A DNA stretch of 64,000 nt from Bacteroidota bacterium (GCA_032229505.1 JAVTWD010000030.1:12323-76322), one strand, 5' to 3'; shown: positions 19,709-29,671, counted from the first letter of the stretch. The notes: generated from the letters alone by a model not told the origin. Numbers and translations are program-made.

Positions 19709-20392
19709 ATGGCATTGATATCTAACAGAACAGGCAAACCAATGGCATCATCAAACGATAAACCTGTAGATGATGAAGAAAAAAACAAGAAGAAAAAAGA
19801 CAGGAAAGCAACATTCGTGGCTATCCTGATAATGGCAGTTCTTTTTGTGGTGATTTGGTTTGGATTAGAATTTTTAGCTACAGAGCATCCAATAAGCCAG
19901 ACACCAATTACAGTTGCCGGTAAAGAACGTGTACTTAAATTCTCAGAAAAAACAAGGGCTTATACAACTCAAGATCAAACCACCGGCATAAAAGAATCCG
20001 GCACCTCGCACTATGGTTATTTTTTAGAGTTAGTAGATAGTGTTGCAAAAAAATCATTGCATAAACTCAAATTTAAAGCGCCGGTTCATACTATTCAAAA
20101 CACACCGCAAACTTATATTGCTTCAAATGGCAACATTTGGCTGGTGTCTACCAGCAATGGTTTTAGAAGTGATGAAGAGGGTTTTATTTTAAAGTTTACA
20201 ATCACTAACGATAGTATAAAACAATTGGATTATAGCTTAGATGAGTTATACGGCATTCGTGATATAAAAGATAATAAAGTAATGTTGGAAAAAGGCCATG
20301 AGTTCTATCAGGCTTATAATACCATTTTTGGCGGTATTTATCTTGACCTGGAAACAGAAAACATAATTGATGATAGAAAAGACAAGAAATGA
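19709..20392 (+). CDS. Hypothetical single-pass membrane protein
   Basis: Basic stretch followed by one hydrophobic helix and a beta-rich soluble domain. No family recognised. Confidence 0.6.
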   Translation: MALISNRTGKPMASSNDKPVDDEEKNKKKKDRKATFVAILIMAVLFVVIWFGLEFLATEHPISQTPITVAGKERVLKFSEKTRAYTTQDQTTGIKESGTSHYGYFLELVDSVAKKSLHKLKFKAPVHTIQNTPQTYIASNGNIWLVSTSNGFRSDEEGFILKFTITNDSIKQLDYSLDELYGIRDIKDNKVMLEKGHEFYQAYNTIFGGIYLDLETENIIDDRKDKK

Positions 20393-20398
20393 TCTTTA

Positions 20399-21004
20399 TC
20401 AGAACATATAAGCAATGCCTATTCCCAAAACATCCTGGTTGTTCTTTACACCTTTAAACAAATTACCGTTGGAAATATGTACGGCATTAGCGCTTACTTT
20501 AATGTGTTTGGTAATATTATGGCTTAACGAAAATTCGTGATGCAAACAAAAGCCCATATTATTAATACCATCGTTGGTATTACGTTTTACAACCTCGCAC
20601 CATACCACGCCGCCCTGGTAACTTAAATAGGTTCTCTTCACTACCAAAAAACTAAAGCGTGCACCCATACCTAATGCGTAATTACCGTATTTAGAATGAT
20701 GAACAATTAAATTGGCATTTATCTTTAATAATTTATCGTGTGCTTTTAAGTTCACATAATTCAAATCGAATTGAAAGGGTAAAGAAATATGATAGGTAAA
20801 ATTAATGGGCTCAAAACCCTGTGTGGCTGTCTCTCTATTCCTGAATACACCGGTGATAATTTCTACTTCCGGTTTTTTGATGTACAATTTAAAAACACCA
20901 CGTTCATTCTCGCGGGCTTTGTTCAAACTATCCAGCATTAGCTGTCGCTCGCTTTGCGAAAAGCAGTAACCGGTAATTAATACAAAACAAACAAGCAGCC
21001 GCAT
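20399..21004 (-). CDS. Acyloxyacyl hydrolase / PagL-like beta-barrel
   Basis: Signal peptide, HISNG catalytic-type motif near the C-terminus, N..Q/D strand and terminal YMF. Confidence 0.65.
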   Translation of the reverse strand: MRLLVCFVLITGYCFSQSERQLMLDSLNKARENERGVFKLYIKKPEVEIITGVFRNRETATQGFEPINFTYHISLPFQFDLNYVNLKAHDKLLKINANLIVHHSKYGNYALGMGARFSFLVVKRTYLSYQGGVVWCEVVKRNTNDGINNMGFCLHHEFSLSHNITKHIKVSANAVHISNGNLFKGVKNNQDVLGIGIAYMF

Positions 21005-21068
21005 TTTATTTTTCTATTGTTTAATAAAGATACAAAAGAAAAATGCCTTTTTAAAATGGTGAATTGCC

Positions 21069-21563
21069 TCAACGTTTTTTTATCGGGATCCAAAATTCTT
21101 CTTCTGACTCCGGATCTTCGCCTTTATACTTTTCGCCCATTAAGGCAAAATGCGGACGCTGATCTAATACAAAACCTGAACCCGGTAACCATACATTTAA
21201 GATATACTGGTAAGTGCCCGCTGCCTGGCTGGGTTTGCCTTTGTAATGAAACACCGCATACTCTCCGGCGGGTATTATCAAGGTTTCCATTGTAGCGGGT
21301 ACACTATCAAAGTCTGTTACATTTACAGCGGCCCATTTTTCAAATTCTTTTGTGGGATCAAATGTTTTAAAGAAATCTAGGTCTTTATATAGTTCTACCG
21401 AATACAATTCTTTACCGGTTGCATTAGGTATTTCTTTTCGCTTCGGCATAAAACCTTGCCATAACTGCCCTGTTTTATTATTGGCAAACGACATGGTAAT
21501 TCTGTTACCAACTAATTTTGTGGCCTCAAGTTTTTCTAAGCGTGGTGTCATATTCTTCTCCAT
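21069..21563 (-). CDS. GyrI-like small-molecule binding domain protein
   Basis: LWQGFMP, FEKWAAV, IPAGEYAVFHYKG, RPHF and EEEFWIPI motifs. The ORF-track start at 21587 overlaps a TACTTTTG -7 element (21585-21592, minus strand), so the real start is probably 21563 or 21551. Confidence 0.85.
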   Translation of the reverse strand: MEKNMTPRLEKLEATKLVGNRITMSFANNKTGQLWQGFMPKRKEIPNATGKELYSVELYKDLDFFKTFDPTKEFEKWAAVNVTDFDSVPATMETLIIPAGEYAVFHYKGKPSQAAGTYQYILNVWLPGSGFVLDQRPHFALMGEKYKGEDPESEEEFWIPIKKR

Positions 21564-21632
21564 ACAAACATTTATTTTTTGAGTCAAAAGTAGATATTGT
21601 TTTTTTTAATGCATTTGACCCAGGTCAAAAAA

Positions 21633-22214
21633 TCAACTTTTGCTTCTTATCCTGCTCAGGGTTTCCTGCGAAATTCCCAAATACGAAGCAACCATCCCTA
21701 AAGGTATGCGGTGATGTATGTTTGCATATGTTTCTTTAAAGTGAGTGTATTTTTCTGCGGCACTAGTAAAGCGAAAAGATTCTATCCTCTCCATTAAATG
21801 GCTTAATAAAGTGATCATCGAAAGCCTGCCATACCTATCCAGTTCAGGAAAGTTGTCAAATAAAAACAGCATGTCTTCTGCCTTAATGCATAAGGCCCTT
21901 GTGTTTTCAACAGCGTCTACAAAATAAATATCAGGTTTTTTTGTTCTCCAGCTCCGCGGCGAGTTGGCCCATTCGTTTTTAGAAGAAAAGTACTCGATCA
22001 CTTCTTTACCGTCTTTTAAAAAATAAGTACGTGTTAAGCCTTCAATAAGGTAATAGCTTTTGGTGTTTACAGTATTTGCTTCAATAATAATATCACCCTT
22101 TTTAAAATCAATAAGTGTAACCCTTCCCAACAATTCAGCTTTCAGTTTTTCGCTTACAGGTATAAATTGTTCAAAGTGCTTTATTATTATTTCTTTTGTT
22201 TCGATAGAGATCAA
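21633..22214 (-). CDS. Crp/Fnr family transcriptional regulator
   Basis: cNMP-binding fold (GLTRTYF..DGKE) and C-terminal VASYLGISQETLSRIR HTH. Confidence 0.9.
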   Translation of the reverse strand: MISIETKEIIIKHFEQFIPVSEKLKAELLGRVTLIDFKKGDIIIEANTVNTKSYYLIEGLTRTYFLKDGKEVIEYFSSKNEWANSPRSWRTKKPDIYFVDAVENTRALCIKAEDMLFLFDNFPELDRYGRLSMITLLSHLMERIESFRFTSAAEKYTHFKETYANIHHRIPLGMVASYLGISQETLSRIRSKS

Positions 22215-22621
22215 TTATCAAATTCTTTTTTGGTAATCGAAACAGAAGTATTGCCCGAGCTTTCTTTCACTTTAAATTCGATGGTAACATTGCTGTGCCC
22301 TCTTTTTTTGTCGGAGATCAATTGCATGGGCCTGTCTTTACTGTAAATAGTGTCATTTTTTGAAGGGTCTTTTTTATCGTAAAATATACAGCGCATTTTT
22401 GTAAAGTATAAACCTGTTTCCAGCACATCCAGCACTATAGTACCTTTTGGACCAACACTGTCTGTTTTATAAACAATGGCTTTGCGTTCAGGCCCCTGCA
22501 TCAGTTTTACGTTTAAGCTACGGTCTGATTTATTTTTAATGGTAATGGTTGCATTTTGAGAAAACAGTGCTTGGCAAAAAATACAGTACAGAACAGGAAG
22601 AATTAACTTAAAACGTTTCAT
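22211..22621 (-). CDS. Hypothetical exported protein
   Basis: Signal peptide ending FS-Q and a beta-rich mature part. Overlaps the Crp gene by 4 bp. Confidence 0.6.
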   Translation of the reverse strand: MKRFKLILPVLYCIFCQALFSQNATITIKNKSDRSLNVKLMQGPERKAIVYKTDSVGPKGTIVLDVLETGLYFTKMRCIFYDKKDPSKNDTIYSKDRPMQLISDKKRGHSNVTIEFKVKESSGNTSVSITKKEFDN

Positions 22622-22650
22622 ATTTATTATTTTAAATATAAATATAGTAT

Positions 22651-23748
22651 TTATTGTTTTACTACTTTAAAATAACGCTGATCGTTCTCTGATCTTATTA
22701 AATATAAACCTGACGGAAATTCTGAGAAAGAGATTTCGCTTGTTTGTGTTACATCTGCTTCTTTAACCAAAATGCCCTGCGTATTGTAAATATATAGTTT
22801 GCCTTTCTTGCTATTATCATTTAGCGTAATAGTTAAAACATCGTTTACCGGGTTTGGAAAAATGATCCAATTATCACCGATTTTATTTTCTTGTTTTATT
22901 CCCAGAGGCAAACAACCTGCATTTAAAAGATGATCGTACTTGCCAATATTCCATTGCATTAAATTATCATACACAACTTGTTTTACAGCCAGTCTTATAT
23001 TTGCCGCATCTGTTGCAGAGAGTGATGAATTATAAGTAACCAATGTAGGATCGCTTCTGAAAATAGTTGTATAAAAACAACAGGCGGCCGCGTAACTGCC
23101 TTCTAAAGAGGGGTGACTTTCGTCCGGTTGAAATAATTCTATTGTTGGATGGTTGGCTCTTATATAACGCCACACCGCACCAACCGGACTAACACCTGCT
23201 TTTATGGAGTCTGCAAATAGTTTGTAATGCGAACCAATGCTACTGTCCATTTGAAAATAGCTTCTTGTGATCCAGGTATTGGTAGCGCATTCAGGCGGTG
23301 TACATAAATAGGTATCACCATTCTTACGCCCCCAAGTGCTGTAAAATAGTGTTTGCGCGCATTGGTTATTGGCTTTGATGATACTATCCAGTTTAATGCT
23401 AAATTTGATCTGGTTCATAAATCCCGAAGGGTAGGCCAACGCCATGCTTTGATCCTGCAACACCACATTATCCCAATTGCCGATGCCTATTTTTGCCAAA
23501 GATAGTTGATCACTTAAATGCTGCGCTAAATAATAACCACCCGGCGCATTCATATCAAAAACAACTGTTTTGCCTGTTGAAGCCGCAACATCTGCTGTTA
23601 ACTGCGGTAAGTTATTGGCGTAAGTATAACTATTGCCCAAAAACAAAACTCTTTTTGTTTGTGCATTACTATCAATACCCGGTAAAATAAAAATGCACAT
23701 TAGCGTATACATTCTAACGTGCATTAATAAATGTTTAAATTGTTTCAT
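22651..23748 (-). CDS. SGNH-like hydrolase with T9SS C-terminal domain
   Basis: VLFLGNSYT (block I), VVLQDQS, DESHP (DxxH) and CTD IFPNP...SGLYLI...FKVVKQ. Confidence 0.8.
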   Translation of the reverse strand: MKQFKHLLMHVRMYTLMCIFILPGIDSNAQTKRVLFLGNSYTYANNLPQLTADVAASTGKTVVFDMNAPGGYYLAQHLSDQLSLAKIGIGNWDNVVLQDQSMALAYPSGFMNQIKFSIKLDSIIKANNQCAQTLFYSTWGRKNGDTYLCTPPECATNTWITRSYFQMDSSIGSHYKLFADSIKAGVSPVGAVWRYIRANHPTIELFQPDESHPSLEGSYAAACCFYTTIFRSDPTLVTYNSSLSATDAANIRLAVKQVVYDNLMQWNIGKYDHLLNAGCLPLGIKQENKIGDNWIIFPNPVNDVLTITLNDNSKKGKLYIYNTQGILVKEADVTQTSEISFSEFPSGLYLIRSENDQRYFKVVKQ

Positions 23749-23780
23749 GGGCCTATAGTAACAAAAATCAGACCAAAACT

Positions 23781-24545
23781 TTAATTCCAGATCTCATTTT
23801 GCGCTGTTAACACAATGGGTTTACCATCTGTAACAACAATGGTATGCTCGTGTTGTGCCATGTAACCGCCTTTATTGCCTACCATTGTCCACCCGTCACT
23901 TAGTGTCTCTGCATAAGTAGAGCTCGTAGAAATAAATGTTTCAATGGCCACCACCGAATTTTTTTTAAAGCGTGTTAAATTCGTTCTGTCCCTGTAATTA
24001 GCTATTTCGCTGGGTTCCTCATGCAGACTTCTGCCAATGCCATGGCCGGTTAAATTCTTAACTACTTTGTAACCGCGCTTTTTTGCTTCGGTCTCTATCA
24101 AATGCCCAATGTCTGAAATACGCACACCGCCTTTTATACTGTAAATGGCTTTGTGCAGGATCTCTTTCGACGCGTCAACCAACGATTGGTAGTGGTGAAT
24201 GTCTTTGCCAATAACGAATGAATTACCATTGTCTGACCAAAAACCGTTCAGCTCGGCCGATACATCAATATTTATGAGATCACCTTCCTGCAATATTTTT
24301 TTGTGAGAGGGAATACCGTGACAAAATTCGTTATTAACGCTGATGCAGGTATAGCCCGGAAATTTATAAGTTTTATAAGGCGCGGAGTTGGCACTATAAC
24401 TTTTTAAAATGTTGGCACCAAAATCATCCAGCTCTTTTGTGCTCATACCCGCTTTGGCAAAGCTGCTCATTTCTTTTAAAGTGTAAGCAACCACCTCGCT
24501 TACTTTTTGCATTCCTTCCAGTTCCGATTCTTTTGAGATGGACAT
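23781..24545 (-). CDS. map: Type I methionine aminopeptidase
   Basis: CISVNNEFCHGIP, GDLINIDVS, GHGIGRSLHEEP, AIE and AQHEHT motifs. Confidence 0.95.
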   Translation of the reverse strand: MSISKESELEGMQKVSEVVAYTLKEMSSFAKAGMSTKELDDFGANILKSYSANSAPYKTYKFPGYTCISVNNEFCHGIPSHKKILQEGDLINIDVSAELNGFWSDNGNSFVIGKDIHHYQSLVDASKEILHKAIYSIKGGVRISDIGHLIETEAKKRGYKVVKNLTGHGIGRSLHEEPSEIANYRDRTNLTRFKKNSVVAIETFISTSSTYAETLSDGWTMVGNKGGYMAQHEHTIVVTDGKPIVLTAQNEIWN

Positions 24546-24565
24546 GTTCTTTTAAATTATAAAAA

Positions 24566-25309
24566 TTAATTAATTATATCTCCTTTATTGTTGGCCAAAC
24601 GCTCTTTCCATTTTTGAATTTCTTCAGCTGATTGTTTTTTCCAGTCGCGTACTTCGCCAATAATTTTTAAAGGCTTTGCTGCGCGGTAAGAACGGGTAGG
24701 GTTACCCGGAAATTTTTTGTTGGTAACATTCGGGTCATTTTCAATAGGGCCTGTTGGCTCGACTATATAAACATGTCCGCTGCCTTCACCTTTTACAAGG
24801 TCTGCGGCAAGCCCGGCGCCGTTAACCAAGGCGGTAAAATAAATGTGGTTCATGGTAAACGCGTCTTTGTAATTAGAGTTGCGCCCCGCTGTTAAAAGAT
24901 CACCAACTTGTAGTTGTGCTTTTGTACCGTGATAAAAAGGACCTTTGTCTGTAACCTCTTCACTAAACGTGTTGGCACACTCGTAATTCTTTTTGACATT
25001 GGCAGAGTCATTCAGTTCTTCATAACATTTTGCAATGTTAAGGTAGAGTGGAGCAAAGGCCGCTTTAACTCTTTCGTCATTTATTTTTAAAGCCAGTTGC
25101 AGATCTGTTTGCAACCACTTTAATTTATCGGTTACATTTTTTTGAAGCCTTGCTACATGATGCGCTGCAATAAATTTTTCAAAATCGTTGGTAGCTGCTT
25201 CCCAGGCTTTAGTAAAAAGCGCATTGGCTTCTTCGCTATTGCCTTTTTCTTCCGCATCCATTCCCTGGATACAAAATTTAATAACAGTATTATTGGGGTT
25301 AAATTCCAT
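24566..25309 (-). CDS. arr: NAD+--rifampin ADP-ribosyltransferase with an N-terminal TPR-like extension
   Basis: C-terminal half has GPFYHGTKA, HIYFT, YIVEPTG and DPNVTNKKFPGNPTRSYR. The N-terminal ~120 aa are helical and TPR-like. Confidence 0.9.
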   Translation of the reverse strand: MEFNPNNTVIKFCIQGMDAEEKGNSEEANALFTKAWEAATNDFEKFIAAHHVARLQKNVTDKLKWLQTDLQLALKINDERVKAAFAPLYLNIAKCYEELNDSANVKKNYECANTFSEEVTDKGPFYHGTKAQLQVGDLLTAGRNSNYKDAFTMNHIYFTALVNGAGLAADLVKGEGSGHVYIVEPTGPIENDPNVTNKKFPGNPTRSYRAAKPLKIIGEVRDWKKQSAEEIQKWKERLANNKGDIIN

Positions 25310-25375
25310 TTTCTTTTTAAAGCAATTTACATTTAGAGTAACACTATTTCATTTAAATTGTTGAAGGATTTAATT

Positions 25376-25801
25376 TTATTTATCGGCGGCTAACCTAAAG
25401 CGAATGGCTTCTTGTAATACATCCGTATCAATATCTTTCAAGGCTTTAAATTTAATGCAATAACCCGTTACGGTTGCTTTACCAATTCGTTTGCCGTAAG
25501 CGTTTATTAAATGTTTCTTATCCTTTAAACCAATAATGTAAAAAGAGATACCTGTTGTATTGGCGCTGAAGCCCACTTCGTAAAACTCCCTGTTGCTGCC
25601 ATCGGCATACTTCATGGTTTGAAGGCCGTAACCAACATTAGGGTTGGTTACCACTTTGCCGGCCTCGTTCTTACCGTCCAAAAACCATAATTTAAATTTT
25701 GGATTTACTTGTAAAACCAATTTATGCAAGGCTTGCAGGTCTTTACTTTTTGCTTCATCAAAACCTGCAATATAATTTTTGATCTCTTCTTTTACACTCA
25801 T
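25376..25801 (-). CDS. DUF1801 (YdhG-like) domain protein
   Basis: NPNVGYG, YADG, GISFY, GK...GYCIKFK.L.DI pattern. Confidence 0.75.
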   Translation of the reverse strand: MSVKEEIKNYIAGFDEAKSKDLQALHKLVLQVNPKFKLWFLDGKNEAGKVVTNPNVGYGLQTMKYADGSNREFYEVGFSANTTGISFYIIGLKDKKHLINAYGKRIGKATVTGYCIKFKALKDIDTDVLQEAIRFRLAADK

Positions 25802-25827
25802 CCTAAAATAATTTAAGGTTAAGGTAA

Positions 25828-26325
25828 TTATTTTTTAGATAGGCCTGCCAACACTTCATCTAAATTGGTTAACGACATGGTATAACCTTGTTTAAAGCCT
25901 TCCAACACACTTTCCATACGCGCCAGCGATTCGTTATAAATACTAATGCTCACTTTTGTTTTACCATTGCTTTCGCTGAATGTATAATCCCATTCAGATC
26001 CGGGTAATTGAGGGTTCTCATCCTTATCGGCAAAGGCATTGTGCATTTTAAAATTTGTTTTTGGGCTAATAGATGTAAAGGTTTGTATGGCCCAGCCTTC
26101 TTTACCATCCGGCCCTACCATGGCGTAAAAACGTTTGCCACCCACTTCAAAATTCATGTATTTTGTTTTAGAGGTATAGGGTTTAGGTGCTATCCATTGG
26201 TCTAACAATTCTTTTTTTGTAAAAGCATCCCATACCAAATCCAGGTCCGCGTCAAACTCACGGGTAATGTAAACCATTTTGGTTTCTTTGTTAACGGTAA
26301 AATCAAATTGCAAATTCTTGTTCAT
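25828..26325 (-). CDS. SRPBCC/AHSA1 domain protein
   Basis: [37 protein letters not shown] and GFKQG motifs. Confidence 0.9.
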   Translation of the reverse strand: MNKNLQFDFTVNKETKMVYITREFDADLDLVWDAFTKKELLDQWIAPKPYTSKTKYMNFEVGGKRFYAMVGPDGKEGWAIQTFTSISPKTNFKMHNAFADKDENPQLPGSEWDYTFSESNGKTKVSISIYNESLARMESVLEGFKQGYTMSLTNLDEVLAGLSKK

Positions 26326-26351
26326 GTTTTTTAATTTTAAAGATTAATAAT

Positions 26352-26855
26352 TTATTTTTTTAGTTTTAATAATAATTCGTCCAGGTTGCCAACGGCCATG
26401 CTGAAGCCTTCTTTAAAGCCCATGTTTACCATGGCTTCCACATCTTCCAACTTATCGTGTGTCATCACAATGTTCACTAAGGTTTTGCCATTGCTGTTGG
26501 TAAAAGTTGTGTTCCATAACGAGCGGGGCTTAATGTTATTTTCTTTACCATGCTCATCGCAAAAAGTATCTAACCAGCTTAGTAATTTATGTGTTTCAAT
26601 ATTTTTGTAATCGGCGCGGCACCACATTTTTTCGTTTTGCGGACTCACCATCGCGTACAGCCACATGCCGCCAACATTCAGCTCTAAGGTTTTTGTTTCA
26701 ATGTGGTAGGGTTTGGGTGCCCACCATTGGTCTAACAGTTTGGGGTCGGTCCAGGTTTGCCAAACCAATTCAAGATCGCCGTTAAATTCGCGGTTAATGC
26801 GAATGCATTTGTTTGCTTTATCAAGCGTAAAATCAAATAATAAATTGCTGTTCAT
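26352..26855 (-). CDS. SRPBCC/AHSA1 domain protein (paralog of the neighbour)
   Basis: REF...[30 protein letters not shown] and MGFKEGF motifs. Confidence 0.9.
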   Translation of the reverse strand: MNSNLLFDFTLDKANKCIRINREFNGDLELVWQTWTDPKLLDQWWAPKPYHIETKTLELNVGGMWLYAMVSPQNEKMWCRADYKNIETHKLLSWLDTFCDEHGKENNIKPRSLWNTTFTNSNGKTLVNIVMTHDKLEDVEAMVNMGFKEGFSMAVGNLDELLLKLKK

Positions 26856-27172
26856 CGTTTTTTCTTTTTAAGTGTTGCTAAAAGGTCATCGAGTTGGTTA
26901 AAGCGTGTTTCCCAGGTTTTGCGAAACTGTTCCAGCCATTTGTCTATTTCCTGCATTTTTTTAGGATTAAAGTGATAATAAATTTCTCTGCCCATTGGTT
27001 CGGGCTTTATGAGTTCGCATTCCTGCAAAACTTTAATATGTTTTGATACAGCTTGCCGGCTCATATCAAATTTTTCGGCCATGGCATTGGGCGTTAATGC
27101 CTGTATGGCAATTAAAGTTAAAATGGCCCTGCGGGTAGGATCGGCTATGGCCTGGAAGATATCTTGTTTCAT
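26852..27172 (-). CDS. ArsR/SmtB family transcriptional repressor
   Basis: [28 protein letters not shown] and GREIYY motifs. 4-bp overlap with the SRPBCC gene. Confidence 0.93.
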   Translation of the reverse strand: MKQDIFQAIADPTRRAILTLIAIQALTPNAMAEKFDMSRQAVSKHIKVLQECELIKPEPMGREIYYHFNPKKMQEIDKWLEQFRKTWETRFNQLDDLLATLKKKKR

Positions 27173-27192
27173 GTTTTTAAATATTTAGTTGC

Positions 27193-27239
27193 GCAACTTA
27201 TAGGTTGCAAATATATGTGCAACTTTTGAGTTGCGCAAA
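27193..27239 (-). promoter_or_regulatory. arsR operon promoter overlapped by two GCAAC-N6-GTTGC operators
   Basis: Minus-strand TTTG (27236-27239), a 20-nt spacer and TATATTTG (27208-27215). Inverted repeats lie at 27193-27208 and 27219-27234. Confidence 0.8.
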
Positions 27240-27320
27240 TTTATTTTGGATTTTTTTGTAAAGGATTGGAAATGAAATGGAAGAATTGAAAAAGACATAT
27301 CAATATTTGACTCTAGAGAC

Positions 27321-27352
27321 AAAAACACCTACTGCTAGCAGTAGGTGTTTTT
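27321..27352. repeat. Perfect 32-bp palindrome (terminator-like) between divergent genes
   Basis: AAAAACACCTACTGCT / AGCAGTAGGTGTTTTT. Confidence 0.75.
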
Positions 27353-27426
27353 AGTTAGAAATGTTTTTATCTTTATTAAGTGTATGTAAACCAAAACTAT
27401 TCAATTATTTTAAATATAGATGACTT

Positions 27427-28161
27427 ATGAAAGATTTAAGATTAGCAGTATTAATTGATGCAGATAATATACCATCTTCTCCGATAAAAGAGATGCTTGA
27501 AGAAATTTCGAAGGATGGTACCCCCACCATAAAAAGGATTTATGGGGATTGGACAAAACCTACACATAAAGGATGGAAAGATGTTTTATTGGAGCATGCT
27601 ATAACACCAATACAGCAGTATGGTTATACAACAGGAAAAAATGCAACGGATAGCGCTTTAATAATTGATGCGATGGATATTCTCTATGCTGGCAAAGTTG
27701 ACGGTTTTTGTATAGTTTCTTCTGACAGTGATTTTACGAGGTTAGCCACGAGACTCAGGGAGACTGGTATGGTTGTGATTGGCATCGGAGAAAAAAAGAC
27801 ACCTCAACCTTTTATTACTGCGTGTAATAAGTTTGTATATATTGAAATTTTAAGGCAAACTTTAAACACGACGAAATTAACCAATAAACAAAGCAAAGAT
27901 AATATAGAGGTAAAAACTTTAAACAAAGTCGACCAAGAACTAATAAATTTATTAGTGGATAGTGTTAATGATATTGCAGATGAAAGTGGATGGACGTCTC
28001 TTGGTGCACTGGGCAGTTTTATGCTTAAAAAGAAAGCTGATTTCGATTCAAGAAACTATGGATATAGAAAGCTTGGGGCTTTAATAAAAAGTACAGGAAG
28101 ATTTACTTTGGAAGAAAGAGAAACTGGGAATGCAAAACATAGTTGGGTCAAAATAAAATAA
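27427..28161 (+). CDS. NYN domain (LabA/DUF88, PIN-like) protein with C-terminal OST-HTH/LOTUS domain
   Basis: AVLIDADN, RIYGDW, GKNATDSALIIDAMD, IVSSDSDFTRLA and FDSRNYGY.KL motifs. Confidence 0.92.
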   Translation: MKDLRLAVLIDADNIPSSPIKEMLEEISKDGTPTIKRIYGDWTKPTHKGWKDVLLEHAITPIQQYGYTTGKNATDSALIIDAMDILYAGKVDGFCIVSSDSDFTRLATRLRETGMVVIGIGEKKTPQPFITACNKFVYIEILRQTLNTTKLTNKQSKDNIEVKTLNKVDQELINLLVDSVNDIADESGWTSLGALGSFMLKKKADFDSRNYGYRKLGALIKSTGRFTLEERETGNAKHSWVKIK

Positions 28162-28248
28162 CCCTTGTCTCTTTTTTTTATCTCGCAAAGAAATTAAAAA
28201 AATAAGTTATTATAATATTTAATCACAATACTAAATAAACACTAAATA

Positions 28249-28626
28249 ATGAACAAATCGATAGAAATATCAAAGGTGCAGAACGCATTAAAAATACCAG
28301 TTACTGATTTAAATTTTAATGATCAATCAGTAACTATTTTTAGCAATGAAATTAATATTGGAAACATTCCATATTATTCTCACGGCGGAGTGATAACTTA
28401 TGACAATCACGAAAATGTTTTAAATTGGTTAAATTGGGTAGAGATATATAAATTTAATAAGGTAAATATTGATAATTTGATCATTGAAATTTCAGGTACA
28501 AGTGACATTAAAGTGGGTTATGGAATTTTTAGAAATTTATATGTTAAGAATACTAAAGATGAGATTCTATTCACAGTTAATTGTCAATATGAGAACAATA
28601 TTTGGAAAGTTATAAAGAATAAATAA
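28249..28626 (+). CDS. Hypothetical protein
   Basis: 125-aa ATG-initiated ORF in a very AT-rich region with no competing ORF. No motif recognised. Confidence 0.55.
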   Translation: MNKSIEISKVQNALKIPVTDLNFNDQSVTIFSNEINIGNIPYYSHGGVITYDNHENVLNWLNWVEIYKFNKVNIDNLIIEISGTSDIKVGYGIFRNLYVKNTKDEILFTVNCQYENNIWKVIKNK

Positions 28627-28756
28627 TATAATTAAAAGTACTTATTTACTGATCCAATTCTATTTTAACATTATCAGGAATTGCATTGAAAATGCTTAGA
28701 GTATCGTTTGCAAAGATTGAAATGAAAAGTGCAACTCAAAGAGGATCTACACAAAG

Positions 28757-29671
28757 TTACTTTTTAACAGCATTTTGAAATTTTAATAATTGATCTTTAT
28801 AGATGTTCAGATTTTTTCGAATCTCCTTGCATTTAGCCGAATCAAATGTGTGAGGATTGGCTTCTGGATCAAAGTTCTGTAAAAACTCAAGCTCTCCTTC
28901 CTTGAAATATTTCGCGTGCGCAAGAACATCACGAACCTTCATTATATCATCATTATATTTTTCAAGAATATGTTTAAATGTTTCTTTTAGGTCATCAGGG
29001 CAATTCCTATTTATAGCTCTCCATCTATGATATGCTCCAATCTTCCGAAGGAGTATGTCTAGTTCTTTAATTTCGTTAATGTTACCAAACTTTTTGAGCG
29101 CGTCGTTAGAGCTCTCAATATATTTGTCCTTTACCGTTTTTTTTGCCTTGTTCTTTTCTTCAGATTCTTCTAAAAGTAAAGATTTCAAGACTTCTTCCAT
29201 TATTACATCAATTTCACTTGTTTCCGCCATAACCATTCCTCTCATACTGATAATATGATGAAATTTTTTAATAGTAAGGTCAACTAATGACCTTATTTCT
29301 GAAAACAATTCACGATAACCATTTGGATTGGTCATTTGATGATAGGTAACTCTGCTGTTATTGATTAATCCATTTAACAATGATAGCTGACTGTTCGCTG
29401 AGTAAAAAAAGATTTCAGTTAGAATTCCTTTTGATCGAGTATATTGAATAATGTAATCGCCGTTTTTCTCTCCTAAATTGTAATCTGTAATTATTAAATC
29501 GAATTCGTCATTTAATAATTTTTCAAAATCATCTGTATCTTCAATAGGGATTATCGTTACATTGAAAAATTCTTCTTCTGAAAGGTATTTCTCAAGACCT
29601 TTAACCATGTCTTGATATTGACGCTCATTGATTCTATCATCAATCCATAATACTTTGTAATCTAACTTCAT
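28757..29671 (-). CDS. Receiver-domain protein fused to a helical, putative HEPN-like domain
   Basis: REC motifs VLWIDD, DLIITDYNL and IFFYS. The C-terminal domain has RGMVMAETSEID and KVRDVLAH (Rx4H). Confidence 0.75.
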   Translation of the reverse strand: MKLDYKVLWIDDRINERQYQDMVKGLEKYLSEEEFFNVTIIPIEDTDDFEKLLNDEFDLIITDYNLGEKNGDYIIQYTRSKGILTEIFFYSANSQLSLLNGLINNSRVTYHQMTNPNGYRELFSEIRSLVDLTIKKFHHIISMRGMVMAETSEIDVIMEEVLKSLLLEESEEKNKAKKTVKDKYIESSNDALKKFGNINEIKELDILLRKIGAYHRWRAINRNCPDDLKETFKHILEKYNDDIMKVRDVLAHAKYFKEGELEFLQNFDPEANPHTFDSAKCKEIRKNLNIYKDQLLKFQNAVKK

